DNA of 63,237 nt, filler included, from Octopus bimaculoides (Eukaryota), in the NCBI RefSeq assembly GCF_001194135.2. It is 6 parts of 5 records of this genome, joined end to end, with 100 filler letters (N's around TTAATTAATTAA, not from the genome) between each part and the next. Parts side by side here need not be neighbours in the genome. Positions count along the whole stretch, not along the records: positions 23,156 to 42,897 come from NC_068987.1; 5 more parts are not named here. One strand, given 5' to 3'. The translations under genes and the position numbers were made by a program. Shown piece by piece: positions 24,083-37,584 of this stretch. Position 1 is the stretch's first letter; every line of letters begins with the position of its first letter. Below the pieces are notes generated by a model. That model searched no databases. It was given only the letters and a program-made list of their open reading frames with translations, and was not told the DNA's origin.

Positions 24083-26668
24083 ACACACTGCAAGTCTTTT
24101 CCATCCGACGCTCTGACGATTCTCTTAAAAGTTTCGGTGATTTTTATCGAGCTCAAACGTCAAAATAATGGTTTTCCACCACCTCCTCCTCTTCATCATC
24201 ATCATCATCATCGTCATCACCACCAAAATCATCATCATCATCATCATCATCAATATTGTCGTCGTCGTCAAAACTGACTTTGGCAGGATCTGAACGCAGA
24301 ACGCAAAGAGCCACAACAAACAGACCCGCAGGGCATTTTCTATCTTTTAACACTAACGATTTCTGCTAAAATAACAAGCGATAACACAACCAGAAAACAA
24401 CATCAGCAAAGTTAGCCATACAAAAAGATCACTTCAGATACAATTAGTTATTCTCGAAAAGAAAAACCGCCACACACAATTTTAATTTTACTCCAACGTA
24501 TATTTTTTTTTCTCTTTTTCATTTATCATTGTTATTATTATTATTATTGTTGTTGTTGTTGTTGCTGGTGAAAGGAAATGTGATTGTAGTTGTTGTTCGA
24601 TCTACTTAATTCAACAACAAATTGATTCTTTCTTTCTTTCTCTTTTTTTTTCTTTTNNNNNNNNNNNNNNNNNNNNNNNNNNNNNNNNNNNNNNNNNNNN
24701 NNNNNNNNNNNNNNNNNNNNNNNNNNNNNNNNNNNNNNNNNNNNNNNNNNNNNNNNNNNNNNNNNNNNNNNNNNNNNNNNNNNNNNNNNNNNNNNNNNNN
24801 NNNNNNNNNNNNNNNNNNNNNNNNNNNNNNNNNNNNNNNNNNNNNNNNNNNNNNNNNNNNNNNNNNNNNNNNNNNNNNNNNNNNNNNNNNNNNNNNNNNN
24901 NNNNNNNNNNNNNNNNNNNNNNNNNNNNNNNNNNNNNNNNNNNNNNNNNNNNNNNNNNNNNNNNNNNNNNNNNNNNNNNNNNNNNNNNNNNNNNNNNNNN
25001 NNNNNNNNNNNNNNNNNNNNNNNNNNNNNNNNNNNNNNNNNNNNNNNNNNNNNNNNNNNNNNNNNNNNNNNNNNNNNNNNNNNNNNNNNNNNNNNNNNNN
25101 NNNNNNNNNNNNNNNNNNNNNNNNNNNNNNNNNNNNNNNNNNNNNNNNNNNNNNNNNNNNNNNNNNNNNNNNNNNNNNNNNNNNNNNNNNNNNNNNNNNN
25201 NNNNNNNNNNNNNNNNNNNNNNNNNNNNNNNNNNNNNNNNNNNNNNNNNNNNNNNNNNNNNNNNNNNNNNNNNNNNNNNNNNNNNNNNNNNNNNNNNNNN
25301 NNNNNNNNNNNNNNNNNNNNNNNNNNNNNNNNNNNNNNNNNNNNNNNNNNNNNNNNNNNNNNNNNNNNNNNNNNNNNNNNNNNNNNNNNNNNNNNNNNNN
25401 NNNNNNNNNNNNNNNNNNNNNNNNNNNNNNNNNNNNNNNNNNNNNNNNNNNNNNNNNNNNNNNNCACACACACACACACACACACGCATGCATACACTGC
25501 AATACACTCACATTACCATAGAGTGTCTCATACAATTATTCCAGTTAATAACGTCTCAAACATTAAAAGGAACTACCTAAAGCAGTTTCAATTATCTCAA
25601 ATCTACAATTCAAGTCGTTAAATTAAACAATACCAACAAGAACTTTAGTGTGGCAACGAATCTTAAAACAACAACAACAACAGCAGCAGCAGCAGCAACA
25701 GTGACAGCAATAATAATAATAATAATAAAAATGATAATAAAAATGATAATAGTTACAGCCATAACAATGTCGACAATTACTACAACAATAGCTAAAGCAA
25801 CAATAACGAGAACAATTATAGCTGCAATATAAACTAGGCGTACGTGTGTGTGTGTGTAAGCATACACACGTGTGTGTGTAAATATACACACATGTGAACA
25901 CAGACCCGTATATTTATATATATGCAAACAAGCACACGCACATACGCACGCACACACACGTATATAAAAGTCTATATTTGGAAATATATATACAGACATA
26001 TGTAAATATATACACACACACACACACATATATACATACATATGTAAATATATACACACAGACACATATATGTTACAAATATATATACACACATTACTTT
26101 CTAGTCTTTTCTGCACAGCAATCATCATACAAGAAATGTGTATATGTGCGTGCGTTTGTGTGTGTGTGTATGCGTATATAACGATACACACATACACATA
26201 TATGTATACACACACACACACACACAGAGCCCATCTGCCATCAAACCTTACTGCAAACAGTCCCTTACGTCGCATTCTATGTCAATATGATAATCTCCCT
26301 CTTACTCCTTTACACACTCTTCTTTCCATATCTCTCTCGCATTCTTTCACTCTTTCCCGCTCACTCTTTTCAGCCCCTCTCTTACTTTCTCTCTCTGCCT
26401 CTCTAAATCGCCTCTCGTCCTCCCTTCTCTCTCTCTCTCTCTCTCGTACGCCCGCGCGCACCAACACACACCAGTTGCTCTAAAGCAGAGAGAAAGAGAC
26501 ACAGAAAAGAAAGACACAATCTTTCAGTTTTAAAACCTCGAAATCTCTCATTCTCTCACTAATTAAATATATTTTAGTGTTCTTGTCATTAATGATACAT
26601 GGCAGTTATCTTTCTTTTTACTACTATACATTTCTGAGATCATAAATATAGATATACAAACACACACA

Positions 26669-26701
<33 letters not shown>

Positions 26702-27275
26702 NNNNNNNNNNACATATTCATATTTATACGCACAAACACACACAGGTGACTTATGAAATGAGATACATAATGACAGCATCTCTTATGGTGCTACCAAGAT
26801 ATTCAACGAAAGTCCTTGAGGACGGTGAAGAAATGAGAGATAAATATTCCGGAGAGAACGCCAATCCATCGTAGTTTAACATTCACGGAATGTCCATTAC
26901 CGCTTTCCTACAATTCCGGGTTGTCTATCAAAGAAGACCACGTCTACAATTTAAATTTTAGTAAGAAACTGCAAAATGGACGCAACAACGAAAAGTCCGA
27001 AAGTCAAATGAGCTCATAAAGAAGTTCTATGAGGTTGCTCTGCCTGTTAGAAGTAGCAGCTAGGTCTCCCTACTGAAAAATAAGGACATTAAATAAAAGT
27101 ACTTTTCTTTTTAAGGGTATTGCATATGGTCACTTTAATGTAGCTGTCCTCTAAGAGATGATATTTCCATTTAGCCTCAAGAAGACGTCTCCTCCAGCTG
27201 ATTTATCCAGTACGCTCCTCGCACCCGATAGCTATTGCAAGCGGGAGATAACTCTTGTCACCCTGGCTTCAAAAC

Positions 27276-27321
27276 CATCAGAGCACGTAGTTTCGATCTG
27301 TACGGGATCTCCTCAGTGGTG
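27276..27321 (-). ncRNA. Compact hammerhead ribozyme, slightly degenerate
   Basis: Minus strand: CACCA-CUGAGGA-GAUC(CCGUACA)GAUC-GAAACUACGUGCUC-UGAUG. One mismatch each in stems I and III; CUC triplet. Confidence 0.6.
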
Positions 27322-27989
27322 AGTGCTTGTTGCTAGGCATGACAGCAGTTTACCTCGCTTGCAATATATAGAAAACACAGTGTAATACAATCACTGATTT
27401 TGTAACTAGGACACTAGTCCGTTAGAAAACCGCTATTCTTTTTCTTTGTTTTTTTTTTTTATTATCCTTAATCAGGGGGAAATGGTAGTGTATAAGACCC
27501 TTTCCAAGGCTTCTGAGATTGCTGGGAGAAATGTATCCTCAAACAGTCAATGAAAAAAAATGTATATAAAATAAGCAAATAAGATAAAGAAAAAGAAATG
27601 TTTTACCGTCGTCAAAGTGACTGAATTGCCTTCTACCCAAAAGATACGGGCAGCAATATAATAAAAAATCTAGTGCAGTTTTTCACAACCTATACAAAGG
27701 CAATAGATATGAAGCGGCAGAATATTTTCTTTTCAAAACACTATTATTATATAATAGGTGAGAAAAAAAGAAGGCTTTACATACTGTTTGAGACATTTGA
27801 TGTAAAAAGTTACAGCTGCTGTATTTAGGTCTTCAACGGGTTTAAATGCAAGGACTGCATGTCGGAGCTTCAGTGCTATTTTTGTTTTTCCTTAGTCTCG
27901 CTTCAAGCTGGCTCCCACTATCAGTTTGAAGCACTTTTTATCCCGGGCCTACTTCCATGTTCTTGTCAGCACACCACCTCCAATCATTA

Positions 27990-29300
27990 ATTAGTGTTTT
28001 CTCCATACGTAATCGTTCTGGAGGGCGGTTGATGTCAACGGCTTCACCTACGAACTTCAAGGACCAGCCGGAGTCTCAGATGTTCTGGGCGAGACAACTG
28101 TAACATGTAATGGAGAACTGACAGCCTTTAACGCCTCAGTTAAAGAATAGCAGGAGTCCTCAGCTGCTGTAATGGTAGGAAGGTGAGATGGAAGCTTTAG
28201 AAGTTGATCAACATGTCGTTATAACACGTTTCCAACCACTCTTACTTCAAACTTTACAGCTCTTAACTGTTGGGTTATAGAGCTTTCCACTCAGTATTCA
28301 CCCGCTTCAAAAGTTTGTACAAGAACACGATCGTGCTTTCTAAATGTATGCCGCCGATGTAATATTTTTGTCACTTGTTTCATGTTATATTGACCCCGCC
28401 TCCACTCTAGAACTAGACGACTAGTTTCAGTAGGTGCAAAGCAGTCTGTAAATGACGTTTGAACAATTCAGCAAGAGAAGCGCCTCTACTTTAAGGCAGA
28501 ATAATCTTAAAAGAGGACAAGAGCCTGTTCCCCTTAGTTTCGAGTGTCCCTTTCGTGTCCACTTTCATTTCCTTTACTACCTCTGAATGTGCGAACAGTA
28601 CGATCAGCTTAACCCATCAGAGGAGTAGGATACAGAGAGAAGCGAATATACATGCTTTATGCCGTTGAAGTCCATAAACAGCTTAAACTCTTGACTCACA
28701 AAACATGGACCAATGTCACTATTCTAAAGGCAGACCACGAGTGGTGAAAATGCCTCTCAATTTGTTCACTGAGGCCGTTAATTTCGAGTACACGTCAACC
28801 ATAAAGAACACATATGTCCCAAAAATGGACCCACAAACTCTTCGTGCATTCTTTTCCGAAGCTGACTTAGGCATGTTTTGGACTGCTTTGAACATAAACC
28901 TTACATTTCAATCTCGGCATCCAAGTTTGGTCACTACTCGTAGTATCTAACAAGCGCTTTCATGTGCGCTTATTCCTTCATGGATCTGGTATAGGTCCAG
29001 CAACATCTTCAGCCTCGATTTTGCAGCAAGACTACTAGATTTCAGTGCAGTACCATCCTCACAACTGAATTCTTCTCGCTTGCTGAAGTAGAACTTCATT
29101 TCAGCAATTGCAGAGCATCTCCAGCGCCTCATCGTTAATTCATATATCTAGCTCAGAACGCATTTCAGCCATAGTAATAGAGAAGTTAACCAATTGCTTG
29201 TCATGTGTATTATATTTGATACACAGGATATTATTTCCCTGGAATCCATACAAGATATACATGATACGTATTCCTAATTTTTTTTCAACCATCCAAGAAA
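27990..29300 (-). pseudogene. Gypsy/Ty3 LTR retrotransposon pol remnant (integrase zinc finger + catalytic core)
   Basis: FYFSKREEFSCEDG...LLDLYQIHEGIS; EEFVGPFLGHM; SDIGPCFVSQEFKLFMDFNGIKHV; RHVDQL tail. Many stops and frameshifts. Confidence 0.8.
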
Positions 29301-30318
29301 TATGGGACTTATGAAAACGAAAGCTTATATTACTCAGAACATGTGAAATAAGAGCTAACCCACGAGTCTGAAAAACAAGCAGGGACGTTTAGTATAAACC
29401 TGTGAGAAAGCTTTGAACAGGCAAAGAATTAACACCCTATGATAGAAATCGGTTATGTACAGATGCAACAGAAATATCAAAAGCACAAGGTCCAGAAAAT
29501 TTGTCACGCAAAACAATAAATAAAATAACAACTAATTAAATTGTGACACCAAATAAATGTCTGAAATTAAATCTGTGTGCGCTTTCGAATGGTTAATACA
29601 TGTCTTCCATGCTGGAATCGTTTTAGTTTCAATATAGATCTCAGACAAAATCACTCGCTTGGCAAGTACATCGTCGAAAAAAAAAAAAAAAAAAATTAAG
29701 AGCGTTCGGATTACTTAAAATATCAAAACAAAATTTAGAATTAACGTAGAGAAATTAGCTTTTATAGTAACTATATAGGTAACTAATTTGTAAATATACC
29801 AATTTATTATTATTATTTATTTATTCATTTATTCATTGCGCAAAGCCATTAGCAAAAATACTCAATAGAAGAGAAAAGAATTCGATACAAAATCTATTTC
29901 AGTATGGCGATGGTATCCTGAGACCATAGATTTTAGTTCTAAGAGCAATCAGCTAATAATCTGAATGCTGTAAGCGTTGTGTCCAGAGATAGAATATATA
30001 TACGTGTGTGTGTGTGTGTGTGTATAGCTTACATTTATTTCCGGGTGTCTATTCGTATTAGCTGTACTTTATATATATATATATCTTTCTATATATTATC
30101 ACCCAAATCCGATTCTCTTTACTTCTGTTAAATAACTACCCCTCCCCTACTCGCTGAATAGCTTTGCGTAGAAAAGAATTTTGTGCATAAATAACATTTG
30201 TGTTTGTATGTGTATAAATATGTACATATATTTGTGCAAATACATACATACATGTAGGTGTATGTATATCTAACTATATACCAATATCAATATATATATA
30301 TAGGTGTGTGTATGTATG

Positions 30319-30369
<51 letters not shown>

Positions 30370-31228
30370 NNNNNNNNNNNNNNNNNNNNNNNNNNNNNNN
30401 NNNNNNNNNNNNNNNNNNNNNNNNNNNNNNNNNNNNNNNNNNNNNNNNNNNNNNNNNNNNNNNNNNNNNNNNNNNNNNNNNNNNNNNNNNNNNNNNNNNN
30501 NNNNNNNNNNNNNNNNNNNNNNNNNNNNNNNNNNNNNNNNNNNNNNNNNNNNNNNNNNNNNNNNNNNNNNNNNNNNNNNNNNNNNNNNNNNNNNNNNNNN
30601 NNNNNNNNNNNNNNNNNNNNNNNNNNNNNNNNNNNNNNNNNNNNNNNNNNNNNNNNNNNNNNNNNNNNNNNNNNNNNNNNNNNNNNNNNNNNNNNNNNNN
30701 NNNNNNNNNNNNNNNNNNNNNNNNNNNNNNNNNNNNNNNNNNNNNNNNNNNNNNNNNNNNNNNNNNNNNNNNNNNNNNNNNNNNNNNNNNNNNNNNNNNN
30801 NNNNNNNNNNNNNNNNNNNNNNNNNNNNNNNNNNNNNNNNNNNNNNNNNNNNNNNNNNNNNNNNNNNNNNNNNNNNNNNNNNNNNNNNNNNNNNNNNNNN
30901 NNNNNNNNNNNNNNNNNNNNNNNNNNNNNNNNNNNNNNNNNNNNNNNNNNNNNNNNNNNNNNNNNNNNNNNNNNNNNNNNNNNNNNNNNNNNNNNNNNNN
31001 NNNNNNNNNNNNNNNNNNNNNNNNNNNNNNNNNNNNNNNNNNNNNNNNNNNNNNNNCAAACGTGTATGAGGATGTATAGCTATGAAATATGTACGTGTGT
31101 ACAGTAACGTTAGAATATGCGTGTGTGTATGTATTTGTGTATACACACACATACACTCAGTAATATATAAACAATACCCATATCAAACTACAATTAGAAA
31201 GAAGACGCCATTGTATAAGCTCTACGCG

Positions 31229-31265
<37 letters not shown>

Positions 31266-31363
31266 TATATATAATGTATGTATGTATATACATACATACA
31301 TATATATATATATATATGCATCAGTATGCATATATATGAATATATATATGTATGTAATAAACA

Positions 31364-31396
<33 letters not shown>

Positions 31397-31414
31397 ATAA
31401 ATATCTGTGTGTAT

Positions 31415-31451
<37 letters not shown>

Positions 31452-31859
31452 CCACGTATTTGTTTCGTCTGTTGTTAACTACAGTTACACTCCATTCCTC
31501 CCGAAAAGAAATATGACGAATGTTAGGAATATCTACAAATTGCTTAACATTACAAAGATGTCGTGCATTCTTGTCTGAGATAAATGTCTATTGTTTCCCC
31601 CACATCTTTTTTCTTTCGTCTTTCAACTATTTCTGAAATACGGGACAGATATGGAAAGACAGACGCAACCATTGCATGACATAGCTTGCCTGCAACAGAT
31701 CGTGTCGCTACGAAGAGAGAGAGAAAGAGTATATCCATATGCCTAACGTGCATATTCATACACGCACGAAGTACGCAGTAGGTATGCGCATATATATATA
31801 TAAATATAATCTTTTACTGATTTCAGACAGAAGCTGAGACCATGCTGGGCGACCCGACT

Positions 31860-32130
31860 TTCAGTGTAACTGGGTTTTTCTGTACTGTCTCTAACGAAGG
31901 AGCGAATTGAACAATTGGACGGAGCTGATATCTCAGATGAAAATTTGTTCAGACGTTCTTTGTGAAGACCTCCACATCTACACCTGGTAAATATATCTGA
32001 GGTTGTTTTGCCAGGCTGTTGAATAGTGGACCCTCGAAACCCCAGCTGCTACAGAACTGGGTACTTATTCTAGCTGGAGGAGACTCTGCAATATCGTCCA
32101 GTTTGGTGGTTGTTATAGCTTGCAATTCCG
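31860..32130 (-). mobile_element. CR1/L2-type LINE 3' fragment
   Basis: FCSSWGFEGPLFNSLAKQPQIYLPGVDVEVF resembles the GP.LFN.LP..L......V..FK C-terminus of CR1/L2 ORF2. Confidence 0.5.
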
Positions 32131-32832
32131 AAGTTGAGAGTTAGACCTCTCAAGATCTTCCATGTCTGTATCACTGTATATATATGTTTCACACTTTCTC
32201 TCTGGAGAGTAGAGTTCACACACACACACACGGTTTTATATATATATATATATATATATATNNNNNNNNNNNNNNNNNNNNNNNNNNNNNNNNNNNNNNN
32301 NNNNNNNNNNNNNNNNNNNNNNNNNNNNNNNNNNNNNNNNNNNNNNNNNNNNNNNNNNNNNNNNNNNNNNNNNNNNNNNNNNNNNNNNNNNNNNNNNNNN
32401 NNNNNNNNNNNNNNNNNNNNNNNNNNNNNNNNNNNNNNNNNNNNNNNNNNNNNNNNNNNNNNNNNNNNNNNNNNNNNNNNNNNNNNNNNNNNNNNNNNNN
32501 NNNNNNNNNNNNNNNNNNNNNNNNNNNNNNNNNNNNNNNNNNNNNNNNNNNNNNNNNNNNNNNNNNNNNNNNNNNNNNNNNNNNNNNNNNNNNNNNNNNN
32601 NNNNNNNNNNNNNNNNNNNNNNNNNNNNNNNNNNNNNNNNNNNNNNNNNNNNNNNNNNNNNNNNNNNNNNNNNNNNNNNNNNNNNNNNNNNNNNNNNNNN
32701 NNNNNNNNNNNNNNNNNNNNNNNNNNNNNNNNNNNNNNNNNNNNNNNNNNNNNNNNNNNNNNNNNNNNNNNNNNNNNNNNNNNNNNNNNNNNNNNNNNNN
32801 NNNNNNNNNNNNNNNNNNNNNNNNNNNNTATA

Positions 32833-32975
32833 TAGTTGAAATTCCGCCGAGGTCAACTTTGCCTTTCACCCTTTCAAGGTCATCAAACAAGTACGAGTCG
32901 AGCCTGGAGTCGATGTAATCGACTTACTCACCCTGCTACAAATTACTGGCCCTGTGCCAAAACTTGAAAACATTC
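32833..32975 (+). mobile_element. SINE family A, 5'-truncated
   Basis: AAATTCCGCCGAGGTCAACTTTGCCTTTCACCCTTTCAAGGTCATCAAACAAGTACGAGT. Confidence 0.75.
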
Positions 32976-33002
32976 TTCCTCTTCTACTTCTACTTATTTT
33001 AA

Positions 33003-33210
33003 GGCAGCGAGCTGGCAGGAACGTTAGCACGCCAGGCGAAATGCATAGCGGCATTTCGTCTAAGTTCTTAGTTCAAATTTCGCCGAAGTTGACTTTGCCT
33101 TTCATCCTTTCGGGGTCGATAAATTAAGTACCAGTCAATTACTGGAGTCGATGTGATTGACTTTCCCTATCCCCCAAAATTTCAGGCCTTATGCCTATAG
33201 TAAAAAGGAT
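33003..33210 (+). mobile_element. SINE family A, full length, with (ATT)n tail
   Basis: Head GGCAGCGAGCTGGCAGGAACGTTAGCACGCC, B box AGTTCAAATT, core GCCTTTCATCCTTTCGGGGTCGATAAATTAAGTACCAG (resembles the Deu/Nin SINE domain, from memory), and (ATT)n to about 33258. Confidence 0.85.
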
Positions 33211-33217
33211 TATTATT

Positions 33218-33258
<41 letters not shown>

Positions 33259-33720
33259 TAAAAACTTAAGAATTATCTTTGGGTACAGTGATTGCAGGTA
33301 ATGGAATGTATTGATTCCTCAGTTGACAAAACAACTTGATGCTCATACGCCGAAATGGAATTCTTTTACTTGTTTCAGTCAACTGACTGTGGTCATACTG
33401 GAGCACCGCCACACACACACACACACACACACAGACATATATATGTATGTATGTGATTATGTATGTATGTTGATGTTTGTTGTATGTATGTATGTGTCTA
33501 TGTATATGTACGTCATAACAATTTTATTAACTTTTGAGAGGACTTGAACTAATTCTTTCTTGTTGGAATAATGGATCTCGAAGCACCCGTAAAACTACAA
33601 ATAGTAGCATGCACATATTGTGGTAAGAAAGATTGCACTGAAAAAATGCTTTGATCCAATGGTAGAAAGCGTATCTGTCATTAGCGACAGGAGATGTGGG
33701 TTCTAGTCATACGGAGCAGT

Positions 33721-34101
33721 CTTTACTCTTTTACTTGTTTCAGTCATTTGACTGCGGTCATGCTGGAGCACCCCCTTTAGTCGAGCAAATCGACCCCAGG
33801 ACTTATTTTTTGTAAGCCTAGTACTTATTCTATCGGTCTTTTTGCCGAACCGCTAAGTTACGAGGACATAAACACACCAGCATCGGTTGTCAAGCGATGT
33901 TAGGGGGACAAACACAGACACACAAACACACATATATATATATACGACGGGCTTCTTTCAGCTTCCGTCTACCAAATCCACTCACAAGGCTTGGGTCGAC
34001 CTGAGGCTATAGTAGAAGACACTTGCCCAAGGTGCCACGCAGTGGGACTGAACCCGGAATCATGTGGTTGGTAAGCAAGCTACTTACCACACAGCCACTC
34101 C
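33721..34101 (-). mobile_element. SINE family B, full length
   Basis: Head GGAGTGGCTGTGTGGTAAGTAGCTTGCTTACCAACCACATGATTCCGGGTTCAGTCCCACTGCG with complete body and tail. Confidence 0.9.
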
Positions 34102-34664
34102 TTCGACATCTTTTTTTTAATCTTAAAAAGGTTTTTTCAACACAATACGCGCATGCCATTATTTGTAGCTGAAAGTGAGTTTCAAGATCCACTATTCCAA
34201 AATAGATATGTGCGTTTATGTCTATATTGTATGTGTGTGTAAATAAATGTTCCAAATATTTTTCGCCCCCGCTAACGAAAACTAAACTTCCTTTCGTAGA
34301 AATATAAAGTTAACTCGACACAAGCAGGTAAAAATAAAAATAAAAAAAGCAAACAACAAACAAAAAAAAACACACAGACACACCCAAAACAAAACGAAAC
34401 GAAACGAACGAAAATTTATATGAAAGCATTATAATGATGGTATCACACATTTAGTAGACACCATTAAAATGTGATTGAAAGAGATAAATGTCATTTTTAT
34501 GGTAATAATTTTGGCCATTTTTAATATTTCGCAATCTTAAAAAGAGAACTGGTGCAGATAAGCGAAAATTAAGCGGGATAGCGAAACCAAATAAAATAGA
34601 GTCGTTAGTCTTAACTTGATATTTTATTTCACATAAAACAACATTTTTTTTTTCAAAAGTTATT

Positions 34665-34695
<31 letters not shown>

Positions 34696-35689
34696 NNNNN
34701 NNNNNNNNNNNNNNNNNNNNNNNNNNNNNNNNNNNNNNNNNNNNNNNNNNNNNNNNNNNNNNNNNNNNNNNNNNNNNNNNNNNNNNNNNNNNNNNNNNNN
34801 NNNNNNNNNNNNNNNNNNNNNNNNNNNNNNNNNNNNNNNNNNNNNNNNNNNNNNNNNNNNNNNNNNNNNNNNNNNNNNNNNNNNNNNNNNNNNNNNNNNN
34901 NNNNNNNNNNNNNNNNNNNNNNNNNNNNNNNNNNNNNNNNNNNNNNNNNNNNNNNNNNNNNNNNNNNNNNNNNNNNNNNNNNNNNNNNNNNNNNNNNNNN
35001 NNNNNNNNNNNNNNNNNNNNNNNNNNNNNNNNNNNNNNNNNNNNNNNNNNNNNNNNNNNNNNNNNNNNNNNNNNNNNNNNNNNNNNNNNNNNNNNNNNNN
35101 NNNNNNNNNNNNNNNNNNNNNNNNNNNNNNNNNNNNNNNNNNNNNNNNNNNNNNNNNNNNNNNNNNNNNNNNNNNNNNNNNNNNNNNNNNNNNNNNNNNN
35201 NNNNNNNNNNNNNNNNNNNNNNNNNNNNNNNNNNNNNNNNNNNNNNNNNNNNNNNNNNNNNNNNNNNNNNNNNNNNNNNNNNNNNNNNNNNNNNNNNNNN
35301 NNNNNNNNNNNNNNNNNNNNNNNNNNNNNNNNNNNNNNNNNNNNNNNNNNNNNNNNNNNNNNNNNNNNNNNNNNNNNNNNNNNNNNNNNNNNNNNNNNNN
35401 NNNNNNNNNNNNNNNNNNNNNNNNNNNNNNNNNNNNNNNNNNNNNNNNNNNNNNNNNNNNNNNNNNNNNNNNNNNNNNNNNNNNNNNNNNNNNNNNNNNN
35501 NNNNNNNNNNNNNNNNNNNNNNNNNNNNNNNNNNNNNNNNNNNNNNNNNNNNNNNNNNNNNNNNNNNNNNNNNNNNNNTGTGTATATATATATATATATA
35601 TATATGCATATATATATGTATATATATACATTTATATATATACACACATATACATATATGCATATATACATACATATATATGCATGCAT

Positions 35690-35764
<75 letters not shown>

Positions 35765-35807
35765 NNNNNNNNNNNNNNNNNNNNNNNNNNNNNNNNNNNN
35801 NNNNNNN

Positions 35808-35850
<43 letters not shown>

Positions 35851-36208
35851 TGCACGTATGTATTCACGCATATACATTCGCACGATGGTAAAGCACCGAG
35901 GTAATATATAGGAAAAAATCGAAAATTGCAATACGTAAAATTAATCTGAATAATAAGAAAACAATATCAAAACCATTTAAATATATCTTGTCTAATTATA
36001 TAAATAAAAAAAATGTCGGTTTAGATAAATGAATATACAATTATGAGGCCATTTTTCATTGATTTTGCTATCGATTTTTGTCGCAGCTTATTAGGGAAGT
36101 TCACAATAAAATCAATTTTATTGAATAAATTCAATAAAATGATTCACAAAGCAATGGAAATTAAAGGACAATTCCTGTATTGATAAACACACAGACACAC
36201 ACACACGC

Positions 36209-36246
<38 letters not shown>

Positions 36247-36658
36247 GAGTGTAATAACTAGTTTGTCTGGAGCCCAACCACGGATTTACAATATAGAATT
36301 GAATGAACTATAAACTCGGACCCTGTCGTAAGAATTCACTAATCTAAATAATACTGTTAGCTTGGTGTGCCAGCAAGGAGCTTACGAAGTATTGTGTCCG
36401 TATTCATAATCCCCTACTATTAGCCTTGTTATATATATANNNNNNNNNNNNNNNNNNNNNNNNNNNNNNNNNNNNNNNNNNNNNNNNNNNNNNNNNNNNN
36501 NNNNNNNNNNNNNNNNNNNNNNNNNNNNNNNNNNNNNNNNNNNNNNNNNNNNNNNNNNNNNNNNNNNNNNNNNNNNNNNNNNNNNNNNNNNNNNNNNNNN
36601 NNNNNNNNNNNNNNNNNNNNNNNNNNNNNNNNNNNNNNNNNNNNNNNNNNNNNNNNNN

Positions 36659-36708
<50 letters not shown>

Positions 36709-36766
36709 GACAGTATACCGTGATGTTAAGATCAACAAAAAAAGTACTCCATCTGGTGAGAGATAA

Positions 36767-36984
36767 ATGTTATTTAATAAACATAATATATGTTTTTATG
36801 TGTTATCATTTGTTTCATGTACTGAGAGCATGCCAGAAAGTATTTTTTTAACACATCTGGTGTCCTAGTACCTGATGATTGTGACAGGACATTGTACGTG
36901 TTAAAAAATACTGTCTGGCATGCTCTGAGAACATGAAACTAATAGTAGCACACAAAAACATATACTGAGTTTATTAGATAATAT
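36767..36984. repeat. Fold-back (~88-bp imperfect inverted arms), MITE-like
   Basis: 36767-36854 is the reverse complement of 36898-36984; the spacer has an extra TGTCCT/AGGACA pair. Confidence 0.75.
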
Positions 36985-37050
36985 GTGTGTGTGTTAAATG
37001 GGGTTTTCACCTATTAAAAAAATTTTCAAGACACTGGCTACTAAGGGACA

Positions 37051-37205
37051 GAGGCGTTGGTGTGTGGTTAAGAAGTTTGCTTCTACACCATGTGGCCTAG
37101 GGTTCAGTCCCACTGCACAGAACCTTGGGAAAATGTCTTCTGCTATTGCCACGGGCCGACCAAAGCCTTGTAAGTAGATTTGGTAGTTGGAAACTGAAAG
37201 AAACC
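37051..37205 (+). mobile_element. SINE family B, 5' part
   Basis: GGTGTGTGGTTAAGAAGTTTGCTTCTACACCATGTGGCCTAGGGTTCAGTCCCACTGCAC...GGAAACTGAAAGAAACCC. Confidence 0.8.
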
Positions 37206-37291
37206 CATTGTTCATCATGTTCTTTTTTTCGATCTATACGGAGAAATAGTTAAATTAGCCATGTTTGGAAAATATGTGTGTGTATGTGTGT

Positions 37292-37580
37292 GAAGGCGCG
37301 TGGCCAAGTGGCTACGGCATTGCATGCACAAACGCTAGATTAAGGTTTCTTTTCTCGGACCGGGCACTGCGTTGTGTTCTTGAGTAAAACACTTCCTTTC
37401 ACGTCGCTCTTGTCCGCTCAGTTGTAAATGAGTTAAGCCTTCGACGGAATAGCCTTCCTATTGGTTGGAATGTCGGCCCACTCGCCTCTCCAGCAGATTG
37501 GCGTTATTCGACAGCTAAAACAACGCGAAGCGCACTGTGACCAGCGATGTATACCAACATCCAATAATCTGGTCGATACT
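37292..37580 (+). mobile_element. SINE family C-related copy
   Basis: GAAGGCGCGTGGCCAAGTGGCTACGG...GCGTTGTGTTCTTGAGTAAAACACTTCCTTTCACGT. Confidence 0.7.
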
Positions 37581-37584
37581 TTGA

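Noticed and set aside
36870-36940. CUGAUGA within the fold-back spacer
   Set aside because: No stem II closed by GAAA and no stem III/NUH in register.
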